Part shown: piece by piece, positions 21,743-33,700 of the stretch | Numbering within the stretch: the stretch's first letter is position 1 | Layout: every line of letters begins with the position of its first letter | From: Heteronotia binoei | Lineage: Eukaryota | Direction of reading: 5' to 3' | Length of the DNA stretch: 64,000 nt | Assembly: GCF_032191835.1 (NCBI RefSeq) | Contig: NC_083240.1 | Location: 25,482,001-25,546,000 of the forward strand | Translations under genes and position numbers: made by a program | The notes under the pieces: model-generated | Told to the model about the DNA's origin: nothing | Database searches by the model: none | Seen by the model: only the letters and a program-made list of their open reading frames with translations

Positions 21743-24700
21743 TCAGAAGAACTCTTCCTCGGCTGCCAAGCTGAGCAGGATGGCTTTGGGCGTGTTTTCA
21801 AACAGAGCCGCCCTGTTCTGAGCTTCTCCCTTCTTCACCCAGTGGCCGTAGATCCGGAAGGCGCAGGCGTCAATCAGCTTGCGGATGGGTTTCAAGCCGT
21901 AAGGGTCACGCCGTATCACCTCTGTGGTGACTGGCTTGACGTTCCGATAATTGAGGTAGATTCGGACCGATGCTAAGACCGTCAAGCAGATAACCTGGAG
22001 GGAAACCAAATCCTTAGCCTTAAAATTTGTAGCCTCTTGGGAATAGCCACTGATTCATCCATATCAAGTTGTCTCTTAACTAATGGAATAACTGATTCCA
22101 GTTTAGGAGACTTTGAACATACCCAAATGAGAATTTCCTGAATCTGTTCAAATATATGTCCACCATAAAGACCCAGAGTCAAAGTGTGTGGCAGTGCCCT
22201 TGGGCTATTAAATTTGCAGCATATATCACCTGCTATATTGCCCCCCCTTTTTTTGCCACCCTGAGTTTTTGGGAGGGGTGGGATAAAAATGTATACCCTC
22301 CAATGGCTAGTCAAGGCCCACAAGCATATTAATACGAGTCCATACACAGATCACCATCTATACATTTTGTGGTCACTAATTTAGGGTAACTACTGCACCT
22401 TTGCAATTGCTAGCTGCTCATGAAACACACAGCAGGTAGTTTCTGGGTAAGCAGCTTTCTTTGGGCATGTGCTTCCAGACCAAATGAATGAAGCCAAATC
22501 TATGCAAGGCACCATTTAGGTTTGGTGCCATTTTAAAAGCAAACACCTACACTGCACATTGAAACCGGTTCTTGAATTATCAGTACTTGCAACTGAAGGA
22601 TCTCGGATCAATGTTGTTTTGCAACAGGACTTTGGGGATGTATGGAAAAAAATTGTGTGTGCATATATATACGTGCATACACACAGATACACACTCCCAT
22701 TTTCCAAAAGGTTTGCAAAAGGGAGCTAGGAGTCTCATCAATTGTTACCATCCTCAGAAAACTACAATTCCCAAGATTCTTTGGAGGAAGCCATGTGAAT
22801 TAAAACAGCCATAAAACTAGCATATGTTAGTGGCATAGAACTCTTCATAACAGTTCTCAGCACTGTTCCCATCATTGGCTGGGGAATGGCTCAATGACAG
22901 AGCATCTGATTGGCATGCAGAAAATCCCAGGTTCAGTCCTCAACATCTCCAGTTTTAAAAAGGACCAGGCAATTGATCTGAAAGACCTCTGCCTGAGACC
23001 CTGGAGTGCTGCTGCCAGTCTGAGTAGACTCTACTGACCTGATTGGCTGATGGCCCAGTTCAGTATAAAGCAGCTTCATGTGTTCAAAGCTACAATGGCC
23101 AAAACCAGTTTTAAAGCTGATTTAGCTGTATAGCATAGTTGTGCTCCAAAATAATTGCTGAGCTGCCCTGGCTATAAGAAAGCAGGGATAAGCTTGGGTA
23201 CCCGAAATTTCCGGAACGGGCTAAAGTGTCGGACTTCCTCCACTACATATTGCTGGAAGAAAGGGTGAGTGAGAGCATCCTCCACAGTGTATCGACGTTC
23301 TGACTTCACCACCAGGCAATGGGCAATCTAAAAACAAAAGCACAAGACGGGGGGTTGGTTCCAGAGATGGAAACGCTGCACTTTTTGCTCCGAGTTCTCA
23401 CAATGTCTATTATCTGAGCATCACAAGGACTTGCGACCAGGGATGGTTCCAGGTTTGGAGGGGCCCTGGGTGGAGAGTAACCAGGGGCCACCTCATCTCC
23501 CCTGGTCACCACCAGCCCCACCAACAGCTGCCTTCCTGTCCATCATCTGCTTAAAAAGAAGATATTGGATTTATACCCCGCCCTATACTCTGAATCTCAG
23601 TGTGACTTACAATCTCCTTTACCTTCCTCCCCTACAACAGATACCTTGTGAGGTGGGTGGGGCTGAGAGAACTCTCACAGAAGCCGCCTCTTCAAGGACA
23701 GCTCTGTGATAGCTATGGCTGACCCAAGGCCATTCCAGCAGCTGCAAACGGAGGAGTGGGGAATCAAACCCAGTTCTCCCAGATAAAAGCCGGTGCACTT
23801 AACCACTACACCAAACTGGCTCTCAAGTGTCCTTCCTCTGCTGCAAACCCTCCTACAAATCCTTTCTCTGATGGCACCACCGCTCTGCACCCCTTCCCCA
23901 TTGACACAGAGCAGTATATGTGTCATGGAGTATGGGTGCTGGAAGCCTAAGCAGATGTACTACATGGGGAGGGACGGTGGCTCAGTGGCACAGCATCTAC
24001 TTGGTAAGCAGAAGGTCCCAGGTTCAATCCCCGGCATCTCCAACTAAAAAGGGTCCAGGAAAGTAGGCATGAAAAACCTCAGATTGAGACCCTGGAGAGC
24101 TGCTGCCAGCCTGAGTAGGCAATACTGACTTTGATGAACTGAGGGTCTGATTAAGTATAAGGCAGCTTCATATGTTCATGTGGTGGAGAGGAACACTGGC
24201 AAGTGGCAGAGAAGATATATGGAAAACAGGGCAGTGGTAGTGGGCCTTACCTAGCAGCTGCCTCAGCTGCTTGAAACAATCCTGCTGCTTCAATGCCACC
24301 TACCAGGTCTTTGACGGTATCTGACTGGTCATCCCACTCCGGGGAGCCAAACTTGTAATCTCCATTCATGATCATCCGCAGCATCAACATCTGTTTCCGG
24401 TGCCAGAACGGGGGCGATCCGGCCAGCAACGTATACATGATGACTCCTGTGCTCCACCTGGGAACAAACAAACCCACCCTTTTTTACACGGCCTCTAGAA
24501 GAAAAATCACGTCACCTTTTCCATGTTGAGTTTGCTCCTCATTTTGAAAAACAAACACCTTCAGTGAGCTTGCATCTCTGTATGTGTGCGTGTGCATGTG
24601 AGATTTCTGCTTCCTAAATGATAAAACAGTCTGCAAATTGACCAGGATGGCCTGATCTTGTCAGATCTTGGAAGCTAGGTAGGGTTGGCCCTGGTTAGCA

Positions 24701-27700
24701 TTTGGATGGGAGACCACCAGGGAAACCCAAGGTTGCTAAGCAGAGGCAGGCAAAGGCAAACCCCCTCTGAATGTCTCTGCATTGAAAACCCTGCAAGGTT
24801 GCTGTAAGTCGGCTGTGACTCAATGGCATTTTTTTTTTTAAAGACAGTAATGAACACGCCAGAAAATAATTACTCTCCTGCCCGGCAGGAGTGGCTGCAG
24901 GGTTGTTTCCCCTCCCCCTTTGTCTTTAGGTACCCACTGGCTCCTCCGTTGCAGCTTCCCACCCCCACCCCCTACAAACACACACACTGCTGTCATCAGA
25001 CTCCGTGGAAGAGGACAGCACGCATTCTCATGCTCCTTTTGGCCCCATTCGTGCCCACAGGTCTGAAAAAAGAGCACAAAAGGGGTGGCTAAAAAGCAGT
25101 GGTCGATGAGTTCTGGGCTGAAGTAGAGGAGGTGCTGCACTGCTCAGTTCTTTGGTGATTTCTTCCTTCACTATTATCAGGCATGGTTTCCAAAAGAAGA
25201 AGAAGACGACTGCAGATTTATACCCCGCCCTTCTCGCTGAATCAGAGACTCAGAGCGGCTTACAATCTTCTTCCCCCACAACAGACATCCTGTGAGGTGG
25301 GTGGGGCTGAGAGGGCTCTCACGGCAGCTGCCCTTTCAAGGACAACTCTTGCAAGAGCTATGGCTGACCCAAGGCCATTCCAGCAGCTGCAAGTGGAGGA
25401 GTGGGGAATCAAACCCAGTTCTCCCAGATGGGAAATCAACTCAGTGTGTTTGCCAAGGGGTGGTCCCTCAGCCAGGCTTTGGGCCCTTGGCAGGTGCCCT
25501 AACCAGAAAAAGCCCAGCAAGAACTTATTTGCATATTAAGCAACACCCCCTGACGCAACGCCAGCCGGAACTGCGTTCCTGTGCATTCCTGCTCGGGGAA
25601 AAAAGCCCTGGTCCTTAATTATGCTTGCTCCTGGCACTGGCCAGCCCTATCGCCAGTTGATGTTGCCACTGGCAACCGCTTCCCTCCATGCAGCTTATTC
25701 ATGGGAGGACACAGATAAACATGATGATGCTTGTAGGTGGAAGGATGAGAAAAGGAAAAGATTTCATTTTTGTGTTCAGTCCTTCCAACAGCTGCATTTT
25801 TCCCATATCCATATAGAAATAGGGATACACATTGTTTTGCTTACATGTCAACTTCTTTCCCGTAACCTGGGTGGTCTGGATCCATGGAACATTCTAATAT
25901 TTCAGGTGCTAAGTAGCCAGGAGTTCCACAGACCTCTGCAAGAAAATCAATAGGATTTTAAAAAATGTAAAACTTTTCATACCTTTTTATTATTTAGGCG
26001 CTTTTTTTAAAGCTATCCCTCTCCCTACCTAGCTTGTGGGCTCAAGACAGGACTTAATCCAGCAGGGTTCTTCTTAGTCATGAGGACTAGAAATAGAACC
26101 AAATGTTCAAAGACAGTATTCCTTTGAATATCAACTACTGTAGGGTCAGAGCTGAGGGAAGTATGTGGCATTTATGGACTTCTCAGAGGCAGCTGGCTGG
26201 CCATTGCTGGAGAATGCTGGAATAGATGTGATTTTGATGTGATTTAGAAAGACTCCTTGCGGTTTCAGTTCAAATCAATATGCAAAAGTCAGAGGTCCAA
26301 TCAAGGTAATTCTCACATCAAGAATGCACATATTTTCATTGCAGTTTACCTAAGGGAAGGGGCTGTGGCTCAGTGGAAGAGCCTCTGCTTTGTGTGCAGA
26401 AGGTCCCAGGTTCAGTCCCCGAAACCTCCAGTTGAAAGGATCAGGTAATAGGTGATGGCAAAGACATCCACCTGAGACCCTGAAGAGCTGCTGCTAGTTG
26501 GAGGAAAGACCATACTGACTTTGACAGACCAATGGTCTAATTCAGTATAAGGCAGCTTCATGTGTGATCATATATATATGTGGCTGCTACATAACTGGAA
26601 TCTCAAACAAAGCACATGCTATCAAAATACTTAGCTTCTGCCCAGTGCTTGCAAAACCAGAACAAGTAATGTAAATAGGTGGGGAAAGTAGCATAAATTA
26701 CTCCAAATTAGAAAAAAAATATTCAAATTGATTCAAGATGCAGAGAATACAGATGCAGAGAATACAGAATCTTAGATTGCCAAGTGGGTGCTTATGGAGA
26801 GGGTGCTTATGGGCCTCCTTATCCACCTAGATCAGGGGTGTCAGACATGTGACCCGAGGGCCAAATCAGGTCCCCAGAGGGTTCCTATCAGGCCCCCAAG
26901 CAACTGGCTGTCGTCTGCTTCCTTCTCCCTCTCTGCTTCTTTCTGCATCACAGCTTGCTAAGCCAGACTTGCTCAATCTCACAGAAGCTACAAAGCAAAG
27001 TCTCTATTTTCCCCCATTGGCTGAGACTCCTCCCTTGGGGAGGAAGGGGGGAGGAATAGCTTGCTTTGTCAGGCTCTCTCAATCGCACAGCAAAGCTACT
27101 GAGCCAAGCCTCTCTTCTGTTGGCTGAGGCTCCTCCCGCTCCTGGTCCATCTGGGGAAGGAAGGAAAAAGCCAGAACTTCCTTTGCCCAGTTCCCCAGAT
27201 TGCACGGGAAAGATACAAAGAAAGCGCCTTTAAGACCAAGTGCTAATGTTTTAAGCATGTTTTATTTTATTTTTTTTTAATCTTCAAATTGTGTTTGTCT
27301 GTGTCCTTAATAAAGCTTATATCTTTGCTACCTGGTGTTACATTTTATGATGCACATGGCCCGGCCCAACAAGGTCCCATTTATTTCAGATCCAGCCATC
27401 ATAACGAATGAGTTTGACACCCCTGACCTAGACCGTAGCAGGCCCCAGGCAGCCCTGCCCCACCCCAGCATCCAGTCTCTGCAATAAGCTGGTCATATCA
27501 CCTTTGAGTTTTTCGCCTCTCTGCAGCTGACACGAGAAGCCAAAGTCCGTCAGCTTGATGTTCATGTCATCATCCAGGAGGATGTTTTCTGGCTTCAGGT
27601 CTCGATGAACGATGTCCATGGAATGAAGGTACTTGATGACTTCCAGGAGGGCACGCATGATCTTTCTAAAGGGAGGAAAGCACCCACCAGTCAGCGAAAA

Positions 27701-30700
27701 GAAACTGCTCAGGAGAGAAGGGGTACATTCTCATCTCCCATCCTTGCAGCTCAGGACGAATCTATAGTTTAGTGGCCCAGGATGTATGGAAAGTCACCAG
27801 TTGAATCCCAGGTAACTCCATCAGAAGGAACTCAAGTTGCAGGGAGGAGAAAATAGCCTTTCCCTGCCTGAGACCCCAGACTGCCACTGCCAGTAAGAGC
27901 AGACAATAATGAGTTAGAACCAAATATTGTAGGCAGTGCAAATTAAGGCAAGATCCATGTCAGTAGCGGAGCACCTGCTATTCATTCAGAAGATCCCAGG
28001 TTCAATCCAGTTTAAAGATCTCAGGTAACAGATATTAAGAAAGACCTTCCTCTCTTGGAAAGCTGCAGCCAGGCAGAACTGAGAAGGCTGAGCTAGAGGA
28101 ACAGGTGGACTCAGACTACGGCAGCCTCATAGGTTCATCCTCAAGGTAAAGGGTATCAGAAGTACGGCAGCCTCATAAGTTCATCCTCATGTTAAAGGGT
28201 ATCAGGAGTCTTCTTGGAGTAAAAGCCAGTGTGGTGTAGTGGTGAGAGAGAGTGCTTTCACGCATACTAAATAACGCACTTTTAATCCACCCTCAATGCA
28301 CCTTGCAGACTGGATTTTACCGTGTAAAATGGCAAAATCCACTTGCAAATGGCCAATGAAGTGGAGTCAAACTGTTATTTGGCCGAGGACCTGTCAACCT
28401 TAGGAACTGTCTCTTCCCATATGTTCCCCAGAGGGTACTCAGATCAGGGGCACGGAACCCGTTATCGATCCCTGGGCCGAGGGAGGCAAGATTGAAGATC
28501 ACTTGGGAGAGAGCCTTCTCTATAGCGGCCCCCTATTGGTGGAACCAATTGCCGGAAGAAGCAAGAGCCTTGTGGGGTCTTGTTCAGTTTCGCAAGGCTT
28601 GCAAGACAGCTTTATTTCAGCTTGCTTTTAATCGATAGCCACATATGAAGATACTCAAGAAGACTGAAACTGAAATTATTGGAATGTATTATTAGCACCA
28701 AATTGTTTTTAAAATGTTTTAATTGTTATATTGTTTAAGGTTTTTATTAGTTAATGTTTAATATCTGTACATGTTTTTACTGTTGTGAGCCTGCTTCGGC
28801 AGGGAGGGCGGGATATAAATCCAATAAAATAAAAATAAATACATGATTTAGCATGTGTGAAAGTGCATTTTAATTAGACTAGGACCAGGGAGACCCGAGT
28901 ATTTGAACTGGTTAAGAAGCACAGTGGGTGACGGCGGGCCAGTTGCTCTCTGTCAACTTACACTGCCTCGCAGGGCTGTTGTGAAGGCAAAATATAGGAA
29001 CGGAGTATCTTGTATGCCTCCGAGCTCCATGGAGAAAGGGTAGGGAAAAAATATGATACACTGACATACTCCCTTCTCAAGGAAATAAAATATCTCGGAC
29101 GCTTTCATTCATAGCAAATCTGTTTCCAGGACATTCTGTTCCAATTAATGGATTATGTATACATAGAAACTGATTCCCAACACCATGCTCAGGTCATACT
29201 GTAGAATGACCAAAGTGTCAAACCCAAGGAGTGTGTAGATGCTATGCATCAATAAACAGGCTTATTGTGCATGATCTGAGCAACTGCTACAGAAGCCCCT
29301 CAGAATTAGCCAATGTTATAAAACCAACACCTCTTGGCTTACAGAGGGCTGAAACCTCTTACCTGGTTTCTTTCTCACTCAAGGTCACTTTCTCTGTGAG
29401 GTAATCAAAGAGTTCCCCTCTTTTCATTCTGTGTTTAGGGAGGAAAAGATGCTTTAAAAAAACAAGGTGACTGTATCTGAACATTATAATAATAATAATA
29501 TTTAATATTATGAACCACTTAGTAAAAATAAGAGAAAAACGAAAAGGGAGCAGGGAGGTCATCGCTTCAGGGACATCATAACCCCATTTCTCACATAATT
29601 CAATTTGATAATGGAGACAATCCTGTCACCTTCAGCTCTAAAGAGATCTCCTGCTCCCTCAAGCCTCTCAGTCTTTCGCTCTTGCTGCCTTTTATAGTTG
29701 GACCTGCCCCTCAAAAATAGCTGTCACCTCATTCTCTCTTCCTTCAGACCACCCCTCAAAACCCACCTTCTCTATGAAGACTTTGGCACAAGTTCTAGGG
29801 TTGCCTGGAAATTTTACCTCAGTGGGGCATAATGCCATAGCAGACACTTTCTCAAGGGGAACATCACTGTCACCTGGAGACCAATTGTGATACTGGGAGA
29901 TCTCCACCCACCACCCGTTGGTTGGCAACCTGAAATCCTTCTTTCTCCTCTCTTGACGTACAATTGCAACAAATGCAGTCTCTTCTTCATCACCTCTACT
30001 TCCCTCCCTCCCTTTCTTTGTCTCAAACTTTAGACAAAGTTCCCTGGAGCAGGGACCTTTTTTCTTGGCTGTGGTTGCCAACCTTAAGGTGGGCTCTGGT
30101 GATCTCCTAGAATTACAACATCTCCAGGCTAGTGAGATCACTTTTCTTGGTGGAAAAGGCAGCTTTGGAGAGTGGACCCTAGGGTATCACCTTGCTGCTG
30201 AGCTCCCCGTCCCAGATTTGGCAACCCTAGTGATGGCACATCAATAATGAAATATGGGTTTCGAGCCTAATTCCCCCCTTCTATGAACACAAGCTCGGGG
30301 ATAATCTCTACCTCTTCCCACTTCAGACATCAAAATCACACCCCATGATACTCCTGGGGGTCTTTTGGGAAGCACAGGGGACTGGAGGAGGAAGGTGGAA
30401 AAGTCCCATTCCACAAGTGGAACTCTACAAGCAGTTTTTTGGGACCCAACTCAGCATTACCACCATAACAACAATTATCCTTTATCCCAGCAAACACCAC
30501 TCTGGCATTTCAGCTTCTTTTAAAAGCAAGTCGTTAGAAATAAACTCAAAGTACCATTTGTGCCTGGTAAAAGCTCAAAGCCCAAGAAGGGATGGACAAG
30601 AATGCCACTGGTTAATATACTTTTTAAAGGCACTCTGAAGGGGTGCCATTTATAATGGAAAAAGTAAGAAAACAAATTGCTAACACACAGCTCAAGCACT

Positions 30701-33700
30701 ATTTACCCCAGTGAAGTGTCTTCTGTTCCTATCATTTTTGAAAAGTTAAGCACATGCCAACTCTGTTGCGTCAAAATCCCAAAAATAAACTAGCATCAGT
30801 CCTTCTAAATAGCAAACTTAGGTGATTCCTACTTCCTACACTTATTATTATAGCCATGGGCAAATTTTTCAGCCTGAGGACCACATTTAGGAAACAGGAA
30901 GAGCCAGTGCCCACTTGGAGCTCTCAAAAGAGGACAGAGATCCAGACCTGACCTTTTCTCTCCTGTTCTGCTGCTGACACTTGACCCTCAGAAATGTTTC
31001 ACAATGTTTCAAGTGCATCAGTGCACTAGTCAATAGGCTTCAGCCTGGCAGCCACAGTTCCCGACAAACTGTTAAGCAGGTTAAGGGCTGCAGGAAATTC
31101 ACATGTGGCATACTGCACTTGAGAGACACTCTAGGCAGTCCCACCTCCCTTATCTCTATGGTCTAGGAGAGGGAATGCCTAGAGTGTCATTTTTTTGGAG
31201 GCTGTGAACATTCATGGCCACATTTTTTTTTCTGAGCCCCAATCTCTCCCATCTCTCCCTATTTCCTAGAAACCCTCCACCATGGGAAATTGGCAATTCT
31301 AAGCACCCCTCATGTTATAATGTGTCTACCTCTGGCCTATCAGTGAGTTCCCTCATCCAGAGATACTGAGCCCTACAATCAGCCATTGCAGCTGGTCCTC
31401 CTAGATCATTCTTTCCCAAGCTTCCAACAGCTGCAGGATTTCATTTCCCAACATCAAAACTGAAGGTGCATTTCATTCTCAAATCCCTCAAAGATCCTCT
31501 TTTAGAGTAAGGACAGCCCACCCACAGAAGAGCCTGACGTTTCTGTATGAGGCATTCTTCTGGGCACGCCTCCGGAGCCATAGAAAAAGGCAAGCCTGGA
31601 ACAGTGACTAACACAGACCAGCCAGAGGCTGCCTATGCGCTGGCCTGTTACTCTGCTGTGTTTCTATATTGAGAGTGATTAACGATCCAGTCACTCCAGT
31701 AGATCCAGTAGAACTGTTTGCCCGCCCATCCGTGCTGGCTGATTGGAAAAAGGCATGACCAGAATAAGAAAATATACAGAGAGGAATATATACAGGCAGC
31801 CTCATGAGGCTGACAAAATCTGTTAATTGTATTATTAATTTACTTAATGCAGGGGTGTGTGTGTTACTGCCCTCATAGTTACCTTGGAAAGTCTTCCATG
31901 GACTTTTAAATCCTGAGAGATTTTATTCATTTTTTTTTCAAATGAGCTGACTTAAATCTGATTCTTTTCCTTTTGACAAGAGTCCTTGACACCTCAACAG
32001 CAAACCGCCAAACCTCACACAAGGACCTAGACGCCTAAAAATAGAATCGAAGGTTCTTTCTGACTGCAGAGACCTTAGCAAAGGTTACAGGAAATCTGAG
32101 CAATCAGCCCTGGGCCAGGATGCAGAAGCTGGACACCGAACAGCTGCATCGAGCCCTCCTCTCTGGCTCTGGGACTGGCAGGGAATGTTTATGGTCAGTT
32201 CTCAGGAGTGGCACAGCATATCAAGTTACAATGTATGGCTAGAAATGAGAACATATGAAGAGTCTCCATCCAGTCCAGCATCCTGCTTTCCACAGAGGCC
32301 TGTCAGGGCCAAATTATATGTTCCAGTTCTTAAAGAGTTGAGTCCAGGTTCCATGCAGCTGTGATTCAGCCTACAAACAAGCCCCAGGTGCCTCAACATT
32401 TCCCCTCTTGGGTCCCTGTGTTGTGGGTTGTCTCCCTCCTTCCCTTTCCTTGGGTTGAGGCTGGTTTGTGGAGCAGCCGCCTGCAGGCCTCAGAGACAAC
32501 AAACAAAAGTCCAACTAGACGCGAGTCGAGGAGCAGCTTCGAGACCAAAAAGATTTTCAAGGTATAAGCTTTTGAGAGTCAAAGTTCTCACTAACAGATC
32601 TGATGGATCTGAAGCTGGGAACTTTGCCTCTTCAGAGCCTATACCCCCAACATCTTTTTGATCTCAAAGTTGCTACTGGACTCGCATCTAGCTCTTCAAT
32701 ATAGTTTTAGAGATACAATGACCAGAACTGTTCATAGTATTCCAAATGCAGCCACAATCATAGGCCTATATAAAGCCTGTCTGTTTTATTTTCAATTCCT
32801 TGTCCTTGGACTGACATGAAATTCCATTCACAAATCTGTCTTGCTTCTAAATGGGAGGCTTTCCCCTACTTTAAGGTTACTGTCCTTCTTTTTGCATGTT
32901 GAAACCTGATATTCTTCCGTTGCCTTTAACCAATCTCAGAACCTTCCTTAATGGCAATCCATGTAAGCCATCCAAACACCTGACCCTACCTGATGAAAGC
33001 AAACTCAGTTGGCAGGACAACTCTGGATGCCACTTCAAAGAAACTTAACAGAACTCAGCTCAACTGCTGGATCAAACGTGACCTTCATGTACTGTGCAAA
33101 ATAATTCACTGGTTTCCTGGCTGATGCAAGCTGATATTTAGATGAATAACAGTTGCAGGTTACTAGGTTGCGTTATGTACATTAATACCTCAGAAAGAAA
33201 GGACAATAAAAGCTGCTCTAGATGGGGGGCACAGAGACCTATACACATGTCCATTCAAGACAGCAGTATGGGTTTTTTTTCTCTTTTCCCTTCCTGTGCT
33301 CTAGTCCTGGATGCATTTTTTCACCCATCCTGGCTCCCTTCTGGAACAGGAGTCGCTGAAAAACTCTTCCAAGGAACAATAGTGAAGTAGTTCCCAGCTG
33401 TTATGTCTATAATTTTCATAGCCCCTTGCCCTTTGAGGAAACATTTTTGTTCTTCCAGGCTTGTGACAGGGAGGTCTTCTGTTCTGACAAAGGCATTTCT
33501 AGTCTCTCTTTAATCTCAGGGCCACTGCTTGACCACAACTCTGCGTTAAGACCAGTGTTCCCCCTAAGCTGAGTTAGTGGGAGCTAGCTCAGAGTTTTTT
33601 TAGCCTTCGGCTCACACATTTTTGTCTTAGCTCAGGAAAAATGGCCCCAGGGCAAGCTACTTTATGCAGCAGCTCACAACTTTAATGCCAGCAGCTCACA

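Noticed and set aside
24640-24740. 5S rRNA gene
   Set aside because: Diverged, lacks the true 5' and 3' ends, and is fused to a SINE tail.
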